This document shows positions 18,461 through 28,003 of a DNA stretch of 64,000 nt, one piece after another. The DNA is from a virus. Taxonomy: Duplodnaviria > Caudoviricetes. Position numbers and translations under genes: made by a program. The stretch is taken from positions 1,412-65,411 of the IMG/VR virus record IMGVR_UViG_3300027863_001757; one strand, given 5' to 3'. The notes beneath the pieces were generated by a model, which made no database searches, was not told where the DNA came from, and saw only the letters and a program-made list of their open reading frames with translations. Position 1 is the first letter of the stretch, and each line of letters starts with the position of its first letter.

Positions 18461-18747
18461 CGCGCCTGCTTCATCTCGCGGCGCAACCCTTCGGAGACGC
18501 CCTCGCCGACATAGGCCCAGACCTCGTCGCAGGCTTCCATGAACTGTAGTCCCAGCGAGATACCAAGATTACGCTCGCACTGATCGTCCTCATCCAGAAA
18601 CTGCGTGTAGAGAAGGTGCGGGGCGAACGGCGCGTGGCCCGCCTTGATGGCCATTCGGCAAAGAGCCTGGGTAACCTCGACGTTGTGCTCGATATCACCT
18701 GCGTACTTGCTGCAAATGAAGACCCGCTTCGCCTCACGCCGACTCAT
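18403..18747 (-). CDS. DUF4406-like (nucleoside deoxyribosyltransferase-fold) protein
   Basis: VFICSKYAGDIEHN...PFAPHLLY.QFLDE...ER.LGI...CDEVW...SEG...E...A..LGKPV. Confidence 0.8.
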   Translation of the reverse strand: MSRREAKRVFICSKYAGDIEHNVEVTQALCRMAIKAGHAPFAPHLLYTQFLDEDDQCERNLGISLGLQFMEACDEVWAYVGEGVSEGLRREMKQARCLGKPVVILREVQSCALT

Positions 18748-21700
18748 AATTTTTGACCTTTCGCTCGCGCATGTCTTTGTAGACAGCTTGAGCTATCTTT
18801 CGTCCGTCGAGTGTGGTCGTGACCGAGACTTCGACGGGACGCTCCGCAAGCCCGTCCAGCTTGGCGATTATCGCCTCAAGCAGCGGACGTACGTCTTCCG
18901 ATCCGAGCGCAGGTAAGCCCGCTCGCGTTTCAGCCCCCCGCGCGCCGCGCGTAACAGCCAGCAGCCGTGACCTCTCAACGGCCTGACCGACTCGTTCAAC
19001 AGGAGCAATGCTGGGTATAGCACCCGCGACAACCGGTGTCAGCGCGAGAGTAGCCGCAAGCGCACTTGCAGGCAGTCCGACATTCATCAGATTTCGAGCC
19101 ATCCCAAGGCTGCTGTGAAGCGCACGTGCAGGCAATTCCGATGCACGGGAAATACCGGCGCTGAACGCCTCAAGCATCGCGGCACCACTTCTAGTGAGAG
19201 TTGAAAGCGGCCCTTCCTGCGCGTCCGAGAAAGGCAGGAGTCTTCTGAGCCGTGAAAGCGCCGATCTCGCTGCCTCGTACGGAGCAGCAACTGCCGAGCG
19301 GATCCCGCTTGCGATAGTAGTCATCACGGATCGTCCGCTCTGGAATGCGGCCGACACCAGGCTGGACGAACTGGAGAGAATATATGAGAATACGTTTGAT
19401 GTCGCTCCACGGACCACCGACCATGCCGATGACGCTCCGCTTGCAAGAGCAGCAAACGGCGCTCGCAGCCAGCCTGCGGCGTTGGATGCCATCGATGTGA
19501 TGCTCGACCAGGCGGATGCCGCAGATCCTCGAACGCGCGACCAGACAGATCCGGCGAAGCTGCCTATCTGAGAGAACGCGCTGGAGACAGTGGAAACGAG
19601 GCCGGTACCGAGAGAGCGCATCTCACCCCAGACCCAGCTCGCGGCACTCAGCATGCTCCTGAACACCGCACTCAAGACCTGACCCGGAAGCGTGATCACC
19701 GAGAGCATGCCCTGGGTGAGCGTTCGCAGAATCGCCGCGCCCGACGCCATAAGACTTGAGAGTGGACCTTCCTGGGCGTCCGAAAACGGAAGGAGTCTTC
19801 GAAGCCACCCCAGCGCCCGCTTGAGCATCTCGAATGGGAACGTCGCTGCAGACCACATCCCCTGCGCGAGCGTGACGAGTATGCGCTTTCCCGCCTCAGC
19901 AAAGTCGATCTGTCCTAAGATGAGCGAACGTACCGTGCCAAAGACCTGGGTGATCGTGCTTACGACAGGCAGGTTGGCGAAGGCCGCAAGAATAGAGTTC
20001 GCAGCCGACCGGATGAAACTACCAGCGCCGGAGAACACATTTGCGAGCCAGTTCCATGTCGCCGATGCAACATCCCTCACCCACAGGAAAGGCGTGGCAA
20101 GGAAGTCGAATATCGCGCCGCCGATGGACTTCAGACCATCCACCACGGAGACGTCGCCGGTAATCATCCGCCAGACAGTGTATACAACTCGCCCAACCAT
20201 CAGGAGTCCCTGCATCAGCATTCGAAGCGGCAGGAAGAATTTATAGACGTAAGGCGCTGCCGCGACAAACGCTCCGACGATTACCCGGCCTAGCCAGACA
20301 GCAGCCTGGACGACTGCTGCCACAATGCGAATCACCCAGGAAAGCGGGTAGATGATGAACTTGATGACGTACGCCGCCACCTGTGCAATGATCCCGAGGA
20401 TCGTGCCAAGTGTCTGCCCGAAGCTCTTAAATGATGATGCGTCCACGGCGGTAGTTGCCAGCCCGAATGCCGCCAAGAGAGAGCCGAGCGCTTTTCCCAG
20501 TTCGCCGAATGCGCCCATTATCGCTCGGATCGGAGGCTCAAGGATCGCGCGAATCCTACCAAACACTGATGAGAACGCCTGCCACAGCCCGGTGAGGAAC
20601 TGTCGCACACGGTAGTAGACCTGGAACACAGTGGTAACGAATTTCATAAGGCCTGCCGCCTGCAGCTTGTCGGCAAGCTCGGCAGACATCTGACCCGTGC
20701 CTCCCGACAGCGAGCCGATGAGTGCGCGAATGCCTTGAAACGCAAGCGAAACCTTGTTCCACGCTCCCATCACCACATCGCGTATACCGCCGAAGTTGGT
20801 CTCCCAGGCTTTCCTGAGAGCGATCACTGCAATGACCACTGCGGCGATCACGGCGACGACCGGCCAGAAGTAAGCCGACACCGCCGATCCCACTCCGGCA
20901 AGCATTGGGCCAAGAGCGGCTATGCCCGCCTTTATCGCGGGCAGCATGATACCGACCGTCCCCAAGGTCGCGGTCACGCTGCCGACCACGACAAGCACCG
21001 CTCCCAGCGCGGCGCACAGCGTAAGTATCACTCGTGTTACTCCCGGTGCCGACTTCGCGACACCCTGCAGGTAGAGGATGAAATGGGAGACCGCCTGAAA
21101 GACTGGGATCACGACCGGCAGCAGTGTGCGCCCAAGGATTTCGGCGAGATTGGCGATTTGCTGCTTCACAAGGCCATATTGGGAGCCTATGTCCATGTTC
21201 ATAGCTTTCGCCATTTCCAACGTTACCGCAGTGCCACCTTTCATGGCCTGCTCTATGGTCTTGATGTTGCCTTCAAGCTGGTCGAGTCCCATCGACATCT
21301 GCAGCAGAAAACGCACGGCTTCATCCGAGCCGAATGCTTTCTTGAGTTTGACCTGAGCCGCCGCGTTCGAGAGGTCTGGAAACCCCCGCTTGAGTTCCTG
21401 GAGGATCGGCACGATGCCCTTGAGCTGCCCCCGCGCGTCGACAAACGATAGACCCAGTTCCCCTCCGGCCTTGGCGACCTGGAGCATGAACGCCTTGTAG
21501 AGCGTGCCTGCCTCCGATCCAGGCATAGTGGTCTGAAGCTGGCCGAGGATCGCCATTTGTTCCTGAAGCGGAACGTTCGACGCAGCGGCGATTGCGCCGA
21601 TGTTCTTTATAGCCTCGGCCATCCCCGGTCCGGTAGTCTTGAACACAGCGACGGTCTCGGCCATAGCGCCGGAGAACATCTTCGCCCAACTGATGTCGGA

Positions 21701-22216
21701 CATGTCCTTTGCGAGCGGCTTGAAGATGCCGTAACCAGTGGTGAATGTCTCCACCATCTCCTGAACGGTAGCCTTGGTCGCCTTTGCCGTAAGAGCGGCC
21801 ATTGCGGCGAACGTTCCGACCGCTTCATCCGAGAGGTTGGCCAGAGCGGACTTGACGTCGTAACCGGCAGTGATGAATTCGGCTTTGCAGGTACCTGCCC
21901 AGGTGTTGGTGAACGACTCGGCGGCATCTTCCATCGCGCGGAAGTCTTTGACGCCGACCGAGGCAAGCTCACCCAGGGCCCTTTGTGTCGCGGCAGTAGA
22001 AGCCACGAGCGCGGTAGGCACTGCAAGGAGCGCAAGCCCGGCTCCGACCATCATCGTGCCTTTTTCTATGAACCCGAGGTTGCGGGTCATGTTATCGCTT
22101 GCCTTCGCAACCGATGAATCGAGCGTTTCCATCGAGGACTGTATGCGCGACGCGTTCTGAGTGAAGGCGTCCTTCAGGCTCACTATTATGCCTAGGCCCA
22201 GATCACTCAAGCCCAA
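18734..22216 (-). CDS. Tail tape measure protein (TP901-like)
   Basis: 1160 aa, Ala/Gly-rich; TP901-type core, hydrophobic central segment, Trp-spaced repeats; follows the tail chaperone. Confidence 0.92.
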   Translation of the reverse strand: MGLSDLGLGIIVSLKDAFTQNASRIQSSMETLDSSVAKASDNMTRNLGFIEKGTMMVGAGLALLAVPTALVASTAATQRALGELASVGVKDFRAMEDAAESFTNTWAGTCKAEFITAGYDVKSALANLSDEAVGTFAAMAALTAKATKATVQEMVETFTTGYGIFKPLAKDMSDISWAKMFSGAMAETVAVFKTTGPGMAEAIKNIGAIAAASNVPLQEQMAILGQLQTTMPGSEAGTLYKAFMLQVAKAGGELGLSFVDARGQLKGIVPILQELKRGFPDLSNAAAQVKLKKAFGSDEAVRFLLQMSMGLDQLEGNIKTIEQAMKGGTAVTLEMAKAMNMDIGSQYGLVKQQIANLAEILGRTLLPVVIPVFQAVSHFILYLQGVAKSAPGVTRVILTLCAALGAVLVVVGSVTATLGTVGIMLPAIKAGIAALGPMLAGVGSAVSAYFWPVVAVIAAVVIAVIALRKAWETNFGGIRDVVMGAWNKVSLAFQGIRALIGSLSGGTGQMSAELADKLQAAGLMKFVTTVFQVYYRVRQFLTGLWQAFSSVFGRIRAILEPPIRAIMGAFGELGKALGSLLAAFGLATTAVDASSFKSFGQTLGTILGIIAQVAAYVIKFIIYPLSWVIRIVAAVVQAAVWLGRVIVGAFVAAAPYVYKFFLPLRMLMQGLLMVGRVVYTVWRMITGDVSVVDGLKSIGGAIFDFLATPFLWVRDVASATWNWLANVFSGAGSFIRSAANSILAAFANLPVVSTITQVFGTVRSLILGQIDFAEAGKRILVTLAQGMWSAATFPFEMLKRALGWLRRLLPFSDAQEGPLSSLMASGAAILRTLTQGMLSVITLPGQVLSAVFRSMLSAASWVWGEMRSLGTGLVSTVSSAFSQIGSFAGSVWSRVRGSAASAWSSITSMASNAAGWLRAPFAALASGASSAWSVVRGATSNVFSYILSSSSSLVSAAFQSGRSVMTTIASGIRSAVAAPYEAARSALSRLRRLLPFSDAQEGPLSTLTRSGAAMLEAFSAGISRASELPARALHSSLGMARNLMNVGLPASALAATLALTPVVAGAIPSIAPVERVGQAVERSRLLAVTRGARGAETRAGLPALGSEDVRPLLEAIIAKLDGLAERPVEVSVTTTLDGRKIAQAVYKDMRERKVKNYESA
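19200..19815 (-). repeat. Internal duplication in tape measure (LRRLLPFSDAQEGPLS, two copies at about 19200-19255 and 19764-19815)
   Basis: The peptide occurs twice, with synonymous differences between the DNA copies. Confidence 0.85.
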
Positions 22217-22285
22217 GTTGAGCCTCCTGTCCTTATCCGGCTACAGCCTCTGTTGTTGTCATGGCGTTCTCTCAACTACACAGCC

Positions 22286-22459
22286 TCAGCGTTTCTTCTC
22301 AAGCTCGCTTTTCTCATAGTCAAGCTGCCTCTTGAGAGCCTCGACGAACTGCTCCCGGGTCTTGAGCGGCAGTCTCGCGACCTCCGCGTATTCCCAGTGC
22401 AGTCCGCCGTAGGCGAGGAAGAAGGCATCCCCTAGAAGCGAACTCCGGGGAATAAAAAA
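22286..22459 (-). CDS. Frameshift-accessed C-terminal extension of tail assembly chaperone (gpGT/gpT-like)
   Basis: The -1 frame from the slippery site reads FFIPRSSLLGDAFFLAYGGLHWEYAEVARLPLKTREQFVEALKRQLDYEKSELEKKR*; no own ATG or RBS. Confidence 0.75.
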   Translation of the reverse strand, partial: FFIPRSSLLGDAFFLAYGGLHWEYAEVARLPLKTREQFVEALKRQLDYEKSELEKKR

Positions 22460-23109
22460 GAGGGTTCCGCCTCCAGGCGGGTGCGGATTCGTGTTCCGCA
22501 GGAGTCACAGTCGAGATCGACGGCAGTATCGATGCCCGCGTCGACGCGCAGCATCTCAGCCCGAAGCGCGCTGCGGTCTCGCATGGACATCTCGTTGAGT
22601 GACTTTTTGGACGGCGCACTGCCGTCAATGTCCAGAATGCGGATCATCATCGCGGCGGAGATTGACGGCTCCTGCATCTGGGCGAGCCGCTTTTCCTTGT
22701 GGCCGTCGAGATAGACGAAGCGCACCTTGGATCCTGACACCGGAAGGGTGAACACGAACTCGCGATCTTCACTGTAGGGTGTGACCGGCAGATCGTTGAG
22801 GTTGATGGTTGCCCGGTTCTTTGTTCGGCAGGCTGTGTTTGGGCAGGCCAGCTCAAGCTCGACCTCGTCGCCAAGTGACACCTGCCGGAGTCTCACGAGC
22901 GTAAACAGCCTGTCGCCGGAAAGCATGTCGAGAACGTCGGTCGGACTGACATCATCTTTCTCGCCGATCCGCAGGGTGCAGTTGGCGAGCACCTGGTTCA
23001 CCGCGTCGCCGTTTCTGATGAGCCGCTGGTTGGTAAGCAGCTCCTCTTCCGCGCCGGTCATCTCACGAAGCTCTATCTCGCTGCCGGTTGGTAATATAAA
23101 TGTATACAC
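22432..23109 (-). CDS. Tail assembly chaperone / T4 gp26-like baseplate assembly protein
   Basis: IELREMTGAEEELL...DRLFTLVRLRQVSLG...CPNTAC...MSMRDRSALR...CDSCG; located between tube and tape measure genes. Confidence 0.8.
   Translation of the reverse strand: MYTFILPTGSEIELREMTGAEEELLTNQRLIRNGDAVNQVLANCTLRIGEKDDVSPTDVLDMLSGDRLFTLVRLRQVSLGDEVELELACPNTACRTKNRATINLNDLPVTPYSEDREFVFTLPVSGSKVRFVYLDGHKEKRLAQMQEPSISAAMMIRILDIDGSAPSKKSLNEMSMRDRSALRAEMLRVDAGIDTAVDLDCDSCGTRIRTRLEAEPSFLFPGVRF
22453..22459 (-). promoter_or_regulatory. -1 programmed ribosomal frameshift heptamer T TTT TTA
   Basis: In-frame X XXY YYZ heptamer (tcT TTT TTA) near the 3' end of the chaperone gene; the -1 frame is open to 22286. 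Confidence 0.75.
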
Positions 23110-23121
23110 AGGCGTCCTCCA

Positions 23122-23580
23122 TCAAAGCCAGTATTGGAAACAGATCGTCATCTTCTCGATGGTGTTGTCGGAGCTTCCACCTTCGAGGTCGTCGTACTCA
23201 AGCGACTTCACCCACGCCCCGACGAGCGTCCATCGGCGGGTCTCGTTGCCCGCACGGTCGTAGCGGACGATGTCGATATCGCGCATATACTCTTCCGGCA
23301 GCGCGCCGACACCGGAGTTTACATCGGCCTGGATTCGGACCCAGTCGCGCGCGGACTCGTCTGAGCCGTCCGCAAGCACGCCCTTTTCGAGTGTGATGTC
23401 GCCGAATTTCATGCGGCCCGCGACCTTCTGGTCGAACATAGAGCCTGCCGGAGCGAACGCAACTTCCTCGAACTCGGTCTTCGGCTCCTGGCCTTTCCTG
23501 AATAGAGCCACATCAAACCCGTTCACCTCGATGGCGAACTGCCAGTTCTGATACAGGCTCTGGAGCATTGACACGTCCAT
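23122..23580 (-). CDS. Tail tube protein (T4 gp19-like)
   Basis: WQFAIEVNG...F...AGRMKFGDITLEKG...RDIDIV.YD.AG...RRW.L.GAW...LE.DDL.G...IEKMTI. Confidence 0.9.
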   Translation of the reverse strand: MDVSMLQSLYQNWQFAIEVNGFDVALFRKGQEPKTEFEEVAFAPAGSMFDQKVAGRMKFGDITLEKGVLADGSDESARDWVRIQADVNSGVGALPEEYMRDIDIVRYDRAGNETRRWTLVGAWVKSLEYDDLEGGSSDNTIEKMTICFQYWL

Positions 23581-25427
23581 TAGAACACCTCCTTGAAGTC
23601 CGCGCCGGTGGCGGTCAAGACGAAGTTAAGTTCCACGAACTCCGCTGTCTTCGTGGGCTTCACAAACAGCCGGCAGACCATCTGGTTCTGGTCTATCATC
23701 TGCGCCGTATTGGTCTCGTCGTCGCACTGGACGCGGAAGTCATAGAACCCACCCTTGCTCTTGATGCCCTGCAGGAACGGAGTGATAAGGCGCACAAGCG
23801 CCCGCCAGGTCTGGGAGTTGTTCGGCTCGAAGACAACGAAGCGCGACGACTGCGAGACAGCCTCCTCGACATACATCATAAGGCGGCGCACGTTGATTCG
23901 GTCGAGCGCCGAAGACTGAGTCTGGAGCGTTTTCTGTCCCCAGATGTTGATGCCGGTGTCGGGGAAGCTCGCTATGACGTTGATGCCCTCGGAGTAGAGC
24001 GCATCCCGCTCGCCACGGCTGGTCTTATAGGCAAGCGAAAGCACGCTGAATATCCGTCCCCGGTCGATACCGGCAGGCGCATACCACACGTCCGTCTTCT
24101 GATCTGACCGAGCGATGCATCCGGCAACCGCACCGGTCGGAGGAACGAGCTTGCTCTTTCCCGTGAGTGGGTCTGAGACCTCAAGCCAGGGATAGTAGAG
24201 TGCGGCATAAGATGTGTTGAATGCCGCATGAGTGTAGGTGCTCTGGCCTTTTCGGAACTCGATGACTTCAAGCGGCTCAAGGTGGATAGGCGGCTCGGCG
24301 ATGAAGAGCAGGTCCTTCCGGCTCTCAGCATAGGTGATTCCGCCTGCGATGACTTGCGCCGTCGTAACGCCCGGCACAAGCAGGATGTTGAGGGCGTCGA
24401 TCTCGTCGAAGGCATAGACACCGGTATGCTGGGACGAGTCACCGGTAAAGTCCGCGTCGGCCAGGCCGGTGGTTCCGTCATCGCCAGCCGTTAGCGAGAA
24501 TGTCCCGACAGCAGGTCTATCCAACGCTGCGTTCGCGCTCGCGGAGAGATCATCGACGGTGATGAACTCGGACACCTCATTGACGACGATCTCCACATGA
24601 TTCAGCTTCGACTCGTCCATCGAGAGGTTCTTGAACACTTCTACAGTCTCGCCTTTGAGTCGGACCATCAGGTCGAACTCGTTTGCAGGGTCTTGTGTGC
24701 CATCGGCAATCTGGACAGAGAGCGCGTCACCCCACTTACCTTCGTTTGTCGCACTCACAGCCAGTGCATCCTGCGGATCCTGGCCGCCTGCAAGATGTGT
24801 CGCAGCCACAGGCGCGACCACGCCGGTATCATTTGAGACCGCCTGTATGAGCGCGGATGCACCTGCATGCGCAACGACCGCGGCTACCACCTGCGCGGCC
24901 GTGCTGGTAGCATCGCCCGTGCCGTTGGTCGCGAGATGGACAGTGATCGTCTGACCAGCTACCTCGACTGAGAGCGGGGTATCGTTGCCGGATTTGACCA
25001 AAGCCACGGTGATGGCATTACCAGCCGTGCCCGGCGTCTTTGCCGTCCATGTGGTCTTATTTGTGCCCTGTGTTCCTGTGGCGAGAGTCGCTGCGGCTGC
25101 ACGGCGATTCTTGAGCACAACCGTGGCACACTTGGCAGCCAGAGTTGTACGGTCGTCGGGATCGGTATAATGCGCCACGCGATTGACGTAAAGCACCTGT
25201 CCACCGTTGTCGAAGAACGCCCGCGCCGCATACGCAAGGTAGCCGTCGGCTATATATGAGCCGAATTTGCGGACGAACTGCTCCCAGCTCGTTACCAGCG
25301 TCGCCTTGTTGATGGGACCCTTTTCAGCAATGCCGATCATCCCACAGGCTGATGTGGATATTTGCTTCACATAGAAGCTGAAGTCGGTCTCTTTGGTATA
25401 GACCCCGGGTGATAGGTATGCTGTCAT
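23580..25427 (-). CDS. Contractile tail sheath protein
   Basis: YLSPGVYTKE...GIAEKGPIN...SWEQF...FFDNGG...YYPW...PPTGAVAG...WYAPAG...WGQKTL...INVRRL...FEPN. Confidence 0.95.
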   Translation of the reverse strand: MTAYLSPGVYTKETDFSFYVKQISTSACGMIGIAEKGPINKATLVTSWEQFVRKFGSYIADGYLAYAARAFFDNGGQVLYVNRVAHYTDPDDRTTLAAKCATVVLKNRRAAAATLATGTQGTNKTTWTAKTPGTAGNAITVALVKSGNDTPLSVEVAGQTITVHLATNGTGDATSTAAQVVAAVVAHAGASALIQAVSNDTGVVAPVAATHLAGGQDPQDALAVSATNEGKWGDALSVQIADGTQDPANEFDLMVRLKGETVEVFKNLSMDESKLNHVEIVVNEVSEFITVDDLSASANAALDRPAVGTFSLTAGDDGTTGLADADFTGDSSQHTGVYAFDEIDALNILLVPGVTTAQVIAGGITYAESRKDLLFIAEPPIHLEPLEVIEFRKGQSTYTHAAFNTSYAALYYPWLEVSDPLTGKSKLVPPTGAVAGCIARSDQKTDVWYAPAGIDRGRIFSVLSLAYKTSRGERDALYSEGINVIASFPDTGINIWGQKTLQTQSSALDRINVRRLMMYVEEAVSQSSRFVVFEPNNSQTWRALVRLITPFLQGIKSKGGFYDFRVQCDDETNTAQMIDQNQMVCRLFVKPTKTAEFVELNFVLTATGADFKEVF

Positions 25428-25708
25428 CTGGCTTTTCCCTTCTTCCTACTGGCCTGTGGATCACCGACCGGCGCAGTGTTTTCCGGCGTATCTTCGGTCA
25501 CTTCACCGTCCACAACATGGTCAAGACCCTCGCCGACTTTGCCGACAAGCGAGACAAACCCGCGCGCGGCAGCACGCTCAATCTCCTCGGACACGTGCTC
25601 CGTGAGTATCTCACGACATTCGCGTGCCGATAGATGCAGCCCTTCGCCGTCCGACGCAAGATGAAGCGCAAGCGGCTGAAAGAGCAGGTTCTTGATATTG
25701 ATTTTCAT
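25424..25708 (-). CDS. Hypothetical neck-region protein
   Basis: 94-aa ORF overlapping both neighbours. Confidence 0.65.
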   Translation of the reverse strand: MKINIKNLLFQPLALHLASDGEGLHLSARECREILTEHVSEEIERAAARGFVSLVGKVGEGLDHVVDGEVTEDTPENTAPVGDPQASRKKGKAR

Positions 25709-26241
25709 CAGGTATGCTCCTCGTATGTGCTCAGTTCCAGTCTCAGCCCGGTCGCGAGCTTTCCGGTCACTACGCGGCCGTCATAGACCGGGCAGTCTTC
25801 TATCCGGCATCTGCCGGAGGATTGCCGCAGGTTCGAGAGGTTCACCCGCTTGAGTCCGCCGAGCGGAGTAAGCTCAGTAATTGCGAGCGAGCCATGCTCA
25901 CCGACTGGAAGCGCCGGATGAAGCTGGTAGAACCTCGCGACCTTCTCCGTCAGGTCGAGCAGATCGGCTTCCTTGCCCGTGGTCACTATGACATCGAAGT
26001 CCAGGTGATAGAGCCTGGGATGCCTTCGCTCTTCATAAGTAAGGCTGCTCTGGTCCTTTTTGACCTGTCTCGCAGGTGTTCTCCGAGCGCCGTCCTCGGA
26101 TAGAGTGGGTCCCTGAAAGACCACGCTCGGCACATCCGTTACCTCGAAGATGTCATCGGCACAGACCAGAACCGCGCCCGGATGAATCTCTGACTTCGCC
26201 AGCCGCACGAACGACTCGACTACCTCGCGCAGGATGTCCAC
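25708..26241 (-). CDS. Putative tail terminator/sheath terminator
   Basis: Position just before the sheath gene; PSVVFQGP...YHLDFDVIVT pattern. Confidence 0.55.
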   Translation of the reverse strand: MDILREVVESFVRLAKSEIHPGAVLVCADDIFEVTDVPSVVFQGPTLSEDGARRTPARQVKKDQSSLTYEERRHPRLYHLDFDVIVTTGKEADLLDLTEKVARFYQLHPALPVGEHGSLAITELTPLGGLKRVNLSNLRQSSGRCRIEDCPVYDGRVVTGKLATGLRLELSTYEEHT

Positions 26242-26700
26242 CTACAGAGCCTTGACCGAGTATTCGAGCGTCACCGACTCGCCCTCAAGGAGCGTCCGCC
26301 CAATCTCGAATGTGAGTCGGCCCGAATCGAGCGCAAGTGTCGCGGGCTGGCCGTCTATCTTCGCGCTGCCAGCCACAAGAGCAAAAAGAGCGGGTATGAC
26401 AACCTTATAGCGATTGATCTTGACCGGCTGCACTACCGTGATCGTCGCGCTCGCTGTTGTGGTTCTGGCCACGCCGTATTCGTCTTCCCACTCGGCTTCC
26501 GCCGTGATAGTCACAGGCTCGCGCGGCGTGAGCACGTTCTTCTGGCTCACAGCCATTGCGACCGGCGCGCCGTGCTTGACCTGCACGGGCGTCGGAGTAG
26601 ATGTAACCTGCAGTGATTCCGCGCAGCACCGAGCGGCGACGGTAAACAACAGAGCAAGCGTAAACACTAACCTGATTATCTTCACAATCTCCTCCTTCAC
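26242..26700 (-). CDS. Signal-peptide-bearing Ig-like protein
   Basis: MKEEIVKIIRLVFTLALLFTVAARCCA signal-like N-terminus; beta-rich body ending TLLEGESVTLEYSVKA. Confidence 0.55.
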   Translation of the reverse strand: MKEEIVKIIRLVFTLALLFTVAARCCAESLQVTSTPTPVQVKHGAPVAMAVSQKNVLTPREPVTITAEAEWEDEYGVARTTTASATITVVQPVKINRYKVVIPALFALVAGSAKIDGQPATLALDSGRLTFEIGRTLLEGESVTLEYSVKAL

Positions 26701-27188
26701 TTGAGCACCGAAAGCAGAGCCTCTTGGTTGTTCCTGGCAACCTCGTCGCGGTATTTCTCCATCGTCGGATGCAGGAATGGCCTGGGCGGGATCACTATCA
26801 CCGCGCCGCTCGGATGCCGGATAGTGCAGCCGGATTCCATAATCGCGGCCACGTTTGCCGCGCTTATGCCAGTCTTCTTGTAGAAGCTGGTCCGCAAAAC
26901 ACCGACGAACGCCTTATCCGAAAGCATTTTGTGCGTGACGGAAGTCAGCAGGAACGTCGAATCAATGAGCGCCTTACTCGATCCTTTGCGGTCGATTGTC
27001 ACCTGCGCGAGCGGCGTAAACTGTTTCCCGCCCGGAGCCTGGTTTCGTATCCCCAGTTGTATCTCACGCACCAGTAATATTGCGTTCTTTAGGGTCGCCC
27101 TTCGGACCGCCAGCACCAGCCGTTGACTGAAGCCATTGGTGAGAAGCCGTTTGGCCTTGTCCCAATCCCCGAACCGACTAATCTCCAT
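26697..27188 (-). CDS. Virion morphogenesis / neck protein (HK97 gp10 / Mu gpG-like)
   Basis: PLAQVTIDRKGSSKALIDS..L...A...E.G...IPPRPFL.P. Confidence 0.8.
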   Translation of the reverse strand: MEISRFGDWDKAKRLLTNGFSQRLVLAVRRATLKNAILLVREIQLGIRNQAPGGKQFTPLAQVTIDRKGSSKALIDSTFLLTSVTHKMLSDKAFVGVLRTSFYKKTGISAANVAAIMESGCTIRHPSGAVIVIPPRPFLHPTMEKYRDEVARNNQEALLSVLK

Positions 27189-27540
27189 GCAAAGCCACCA
27201 ATTCCAGAACCTTGTGCGTCAGCACGCCAAATAGCAACTGCGGCGAAACTGTCTGCACCCGACAGTCTCGACCGTCGAAATGAACACGATCCTCCACGCG
27301 GACATCAAGCTCCGGAAGAACACTTGCCAGAGCATCAGCCCTCTTTGCCAAGTCCACTGGTGGCGTCTCAGACATCTCCAGTGCAAACACACATACCTCG
27401 GCAAATCCGCCCTCATCCGAGCCATAGAGGTTCTCGCCCGCCCGCTTCCGCAGGAGCGTCGCCGTCTGCCCCGATGCCGTTATGAGGTCACGTACCTGCG
27501 ATACCGCCGCCGATTTCTCCGTCTCAGTGAGTATGGTCAT
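27178..27540 (-). CDS. Head closure / head-tail joining protein
   Basis: Position after the adaptor; ELDVRVEDRVHFDGRDCRVQTV pattern. Start uncertain (27540, 27558 or 27621). Confidence 0.55.
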   Translation of the reverse strand: MTILTETEKSAAVSQVRDLITASGQTATLLRKRAGENLYGSDEGGFAEVCVFALEMSETPPVDLAKRADALASVLPELDVRVEDRVHFDGRDCRVQTVSPQLLFGVLTHKVLELVALHGD

Positions 27541-28003
27541 GATGATCGTGGCAGCCATGATGTCTGCCCTGTTCGTAAATGACAGGCCGGAGCGGCTTCG
27601 GCGTAAAGACATAGCCATCATCGACCGCCGCGTCCGGCTTTATCTCCCGAAGCCGCTCCTGGTATGTCGCCGTCAAGTCGTTCTCCAGCTTCGCCCAGTT
27701 CTGCGGCTGGCTTGTTTTGTCCACCCGCTTATCGCCCGACGAAAATGAGAACGAGTTGGCGGTTGCGATCCGCATAAAGCGGCACGCCTCTATCTGGGCC
27801 TGCAGGAGCAGCATCTCAAGCGTCTCACCCTGCGGATCTGGTGTTACCTCTCCACCGCTTATCGACATCTCCACACCCAGATCACGTCCGACCGGCGAGA
27901 CGCTCTTCAGGATGCAGCGTGTGAGCACTTCATCCTTAAACGTCTCGCCGTTCGGGTCGGCGAGGTCCGTGCGGAGCAGACCGACCAGATCACTTAGCGG
28001 CAT
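27524..28003 (-). CDS. Head-tail adaptor/connector protein
   Basis: Start moved to MPLSDLVGLLRTDLADP; FSFSSGDKRVDKT motif; follows the capsid genes. Confidence 0.65.
   Translation of the reverse strand: MPLSDLVGLLRTDLADPNGETFKDEVLTRCILKSVSPVGRDLGVEMSISGGEVTPDPQGETLEMLLLQAQIEACRFMRIATANSFSFSSGDKRVDKTSQPQNWAKLENDLTATYQERLREIKPDAAVDDGYVFTPKPLRPVIYEQGRHHGCHDHHDHTH

Noticed and set aside
27524-27570. His-rich C-terminus HHGCHDHHDHTH of the adaptor as a metal-binding tag
   Set aside because: It arises from overlap with the ATC/ATG/ACC codons at the start of the next gene, so it is probably incidental.
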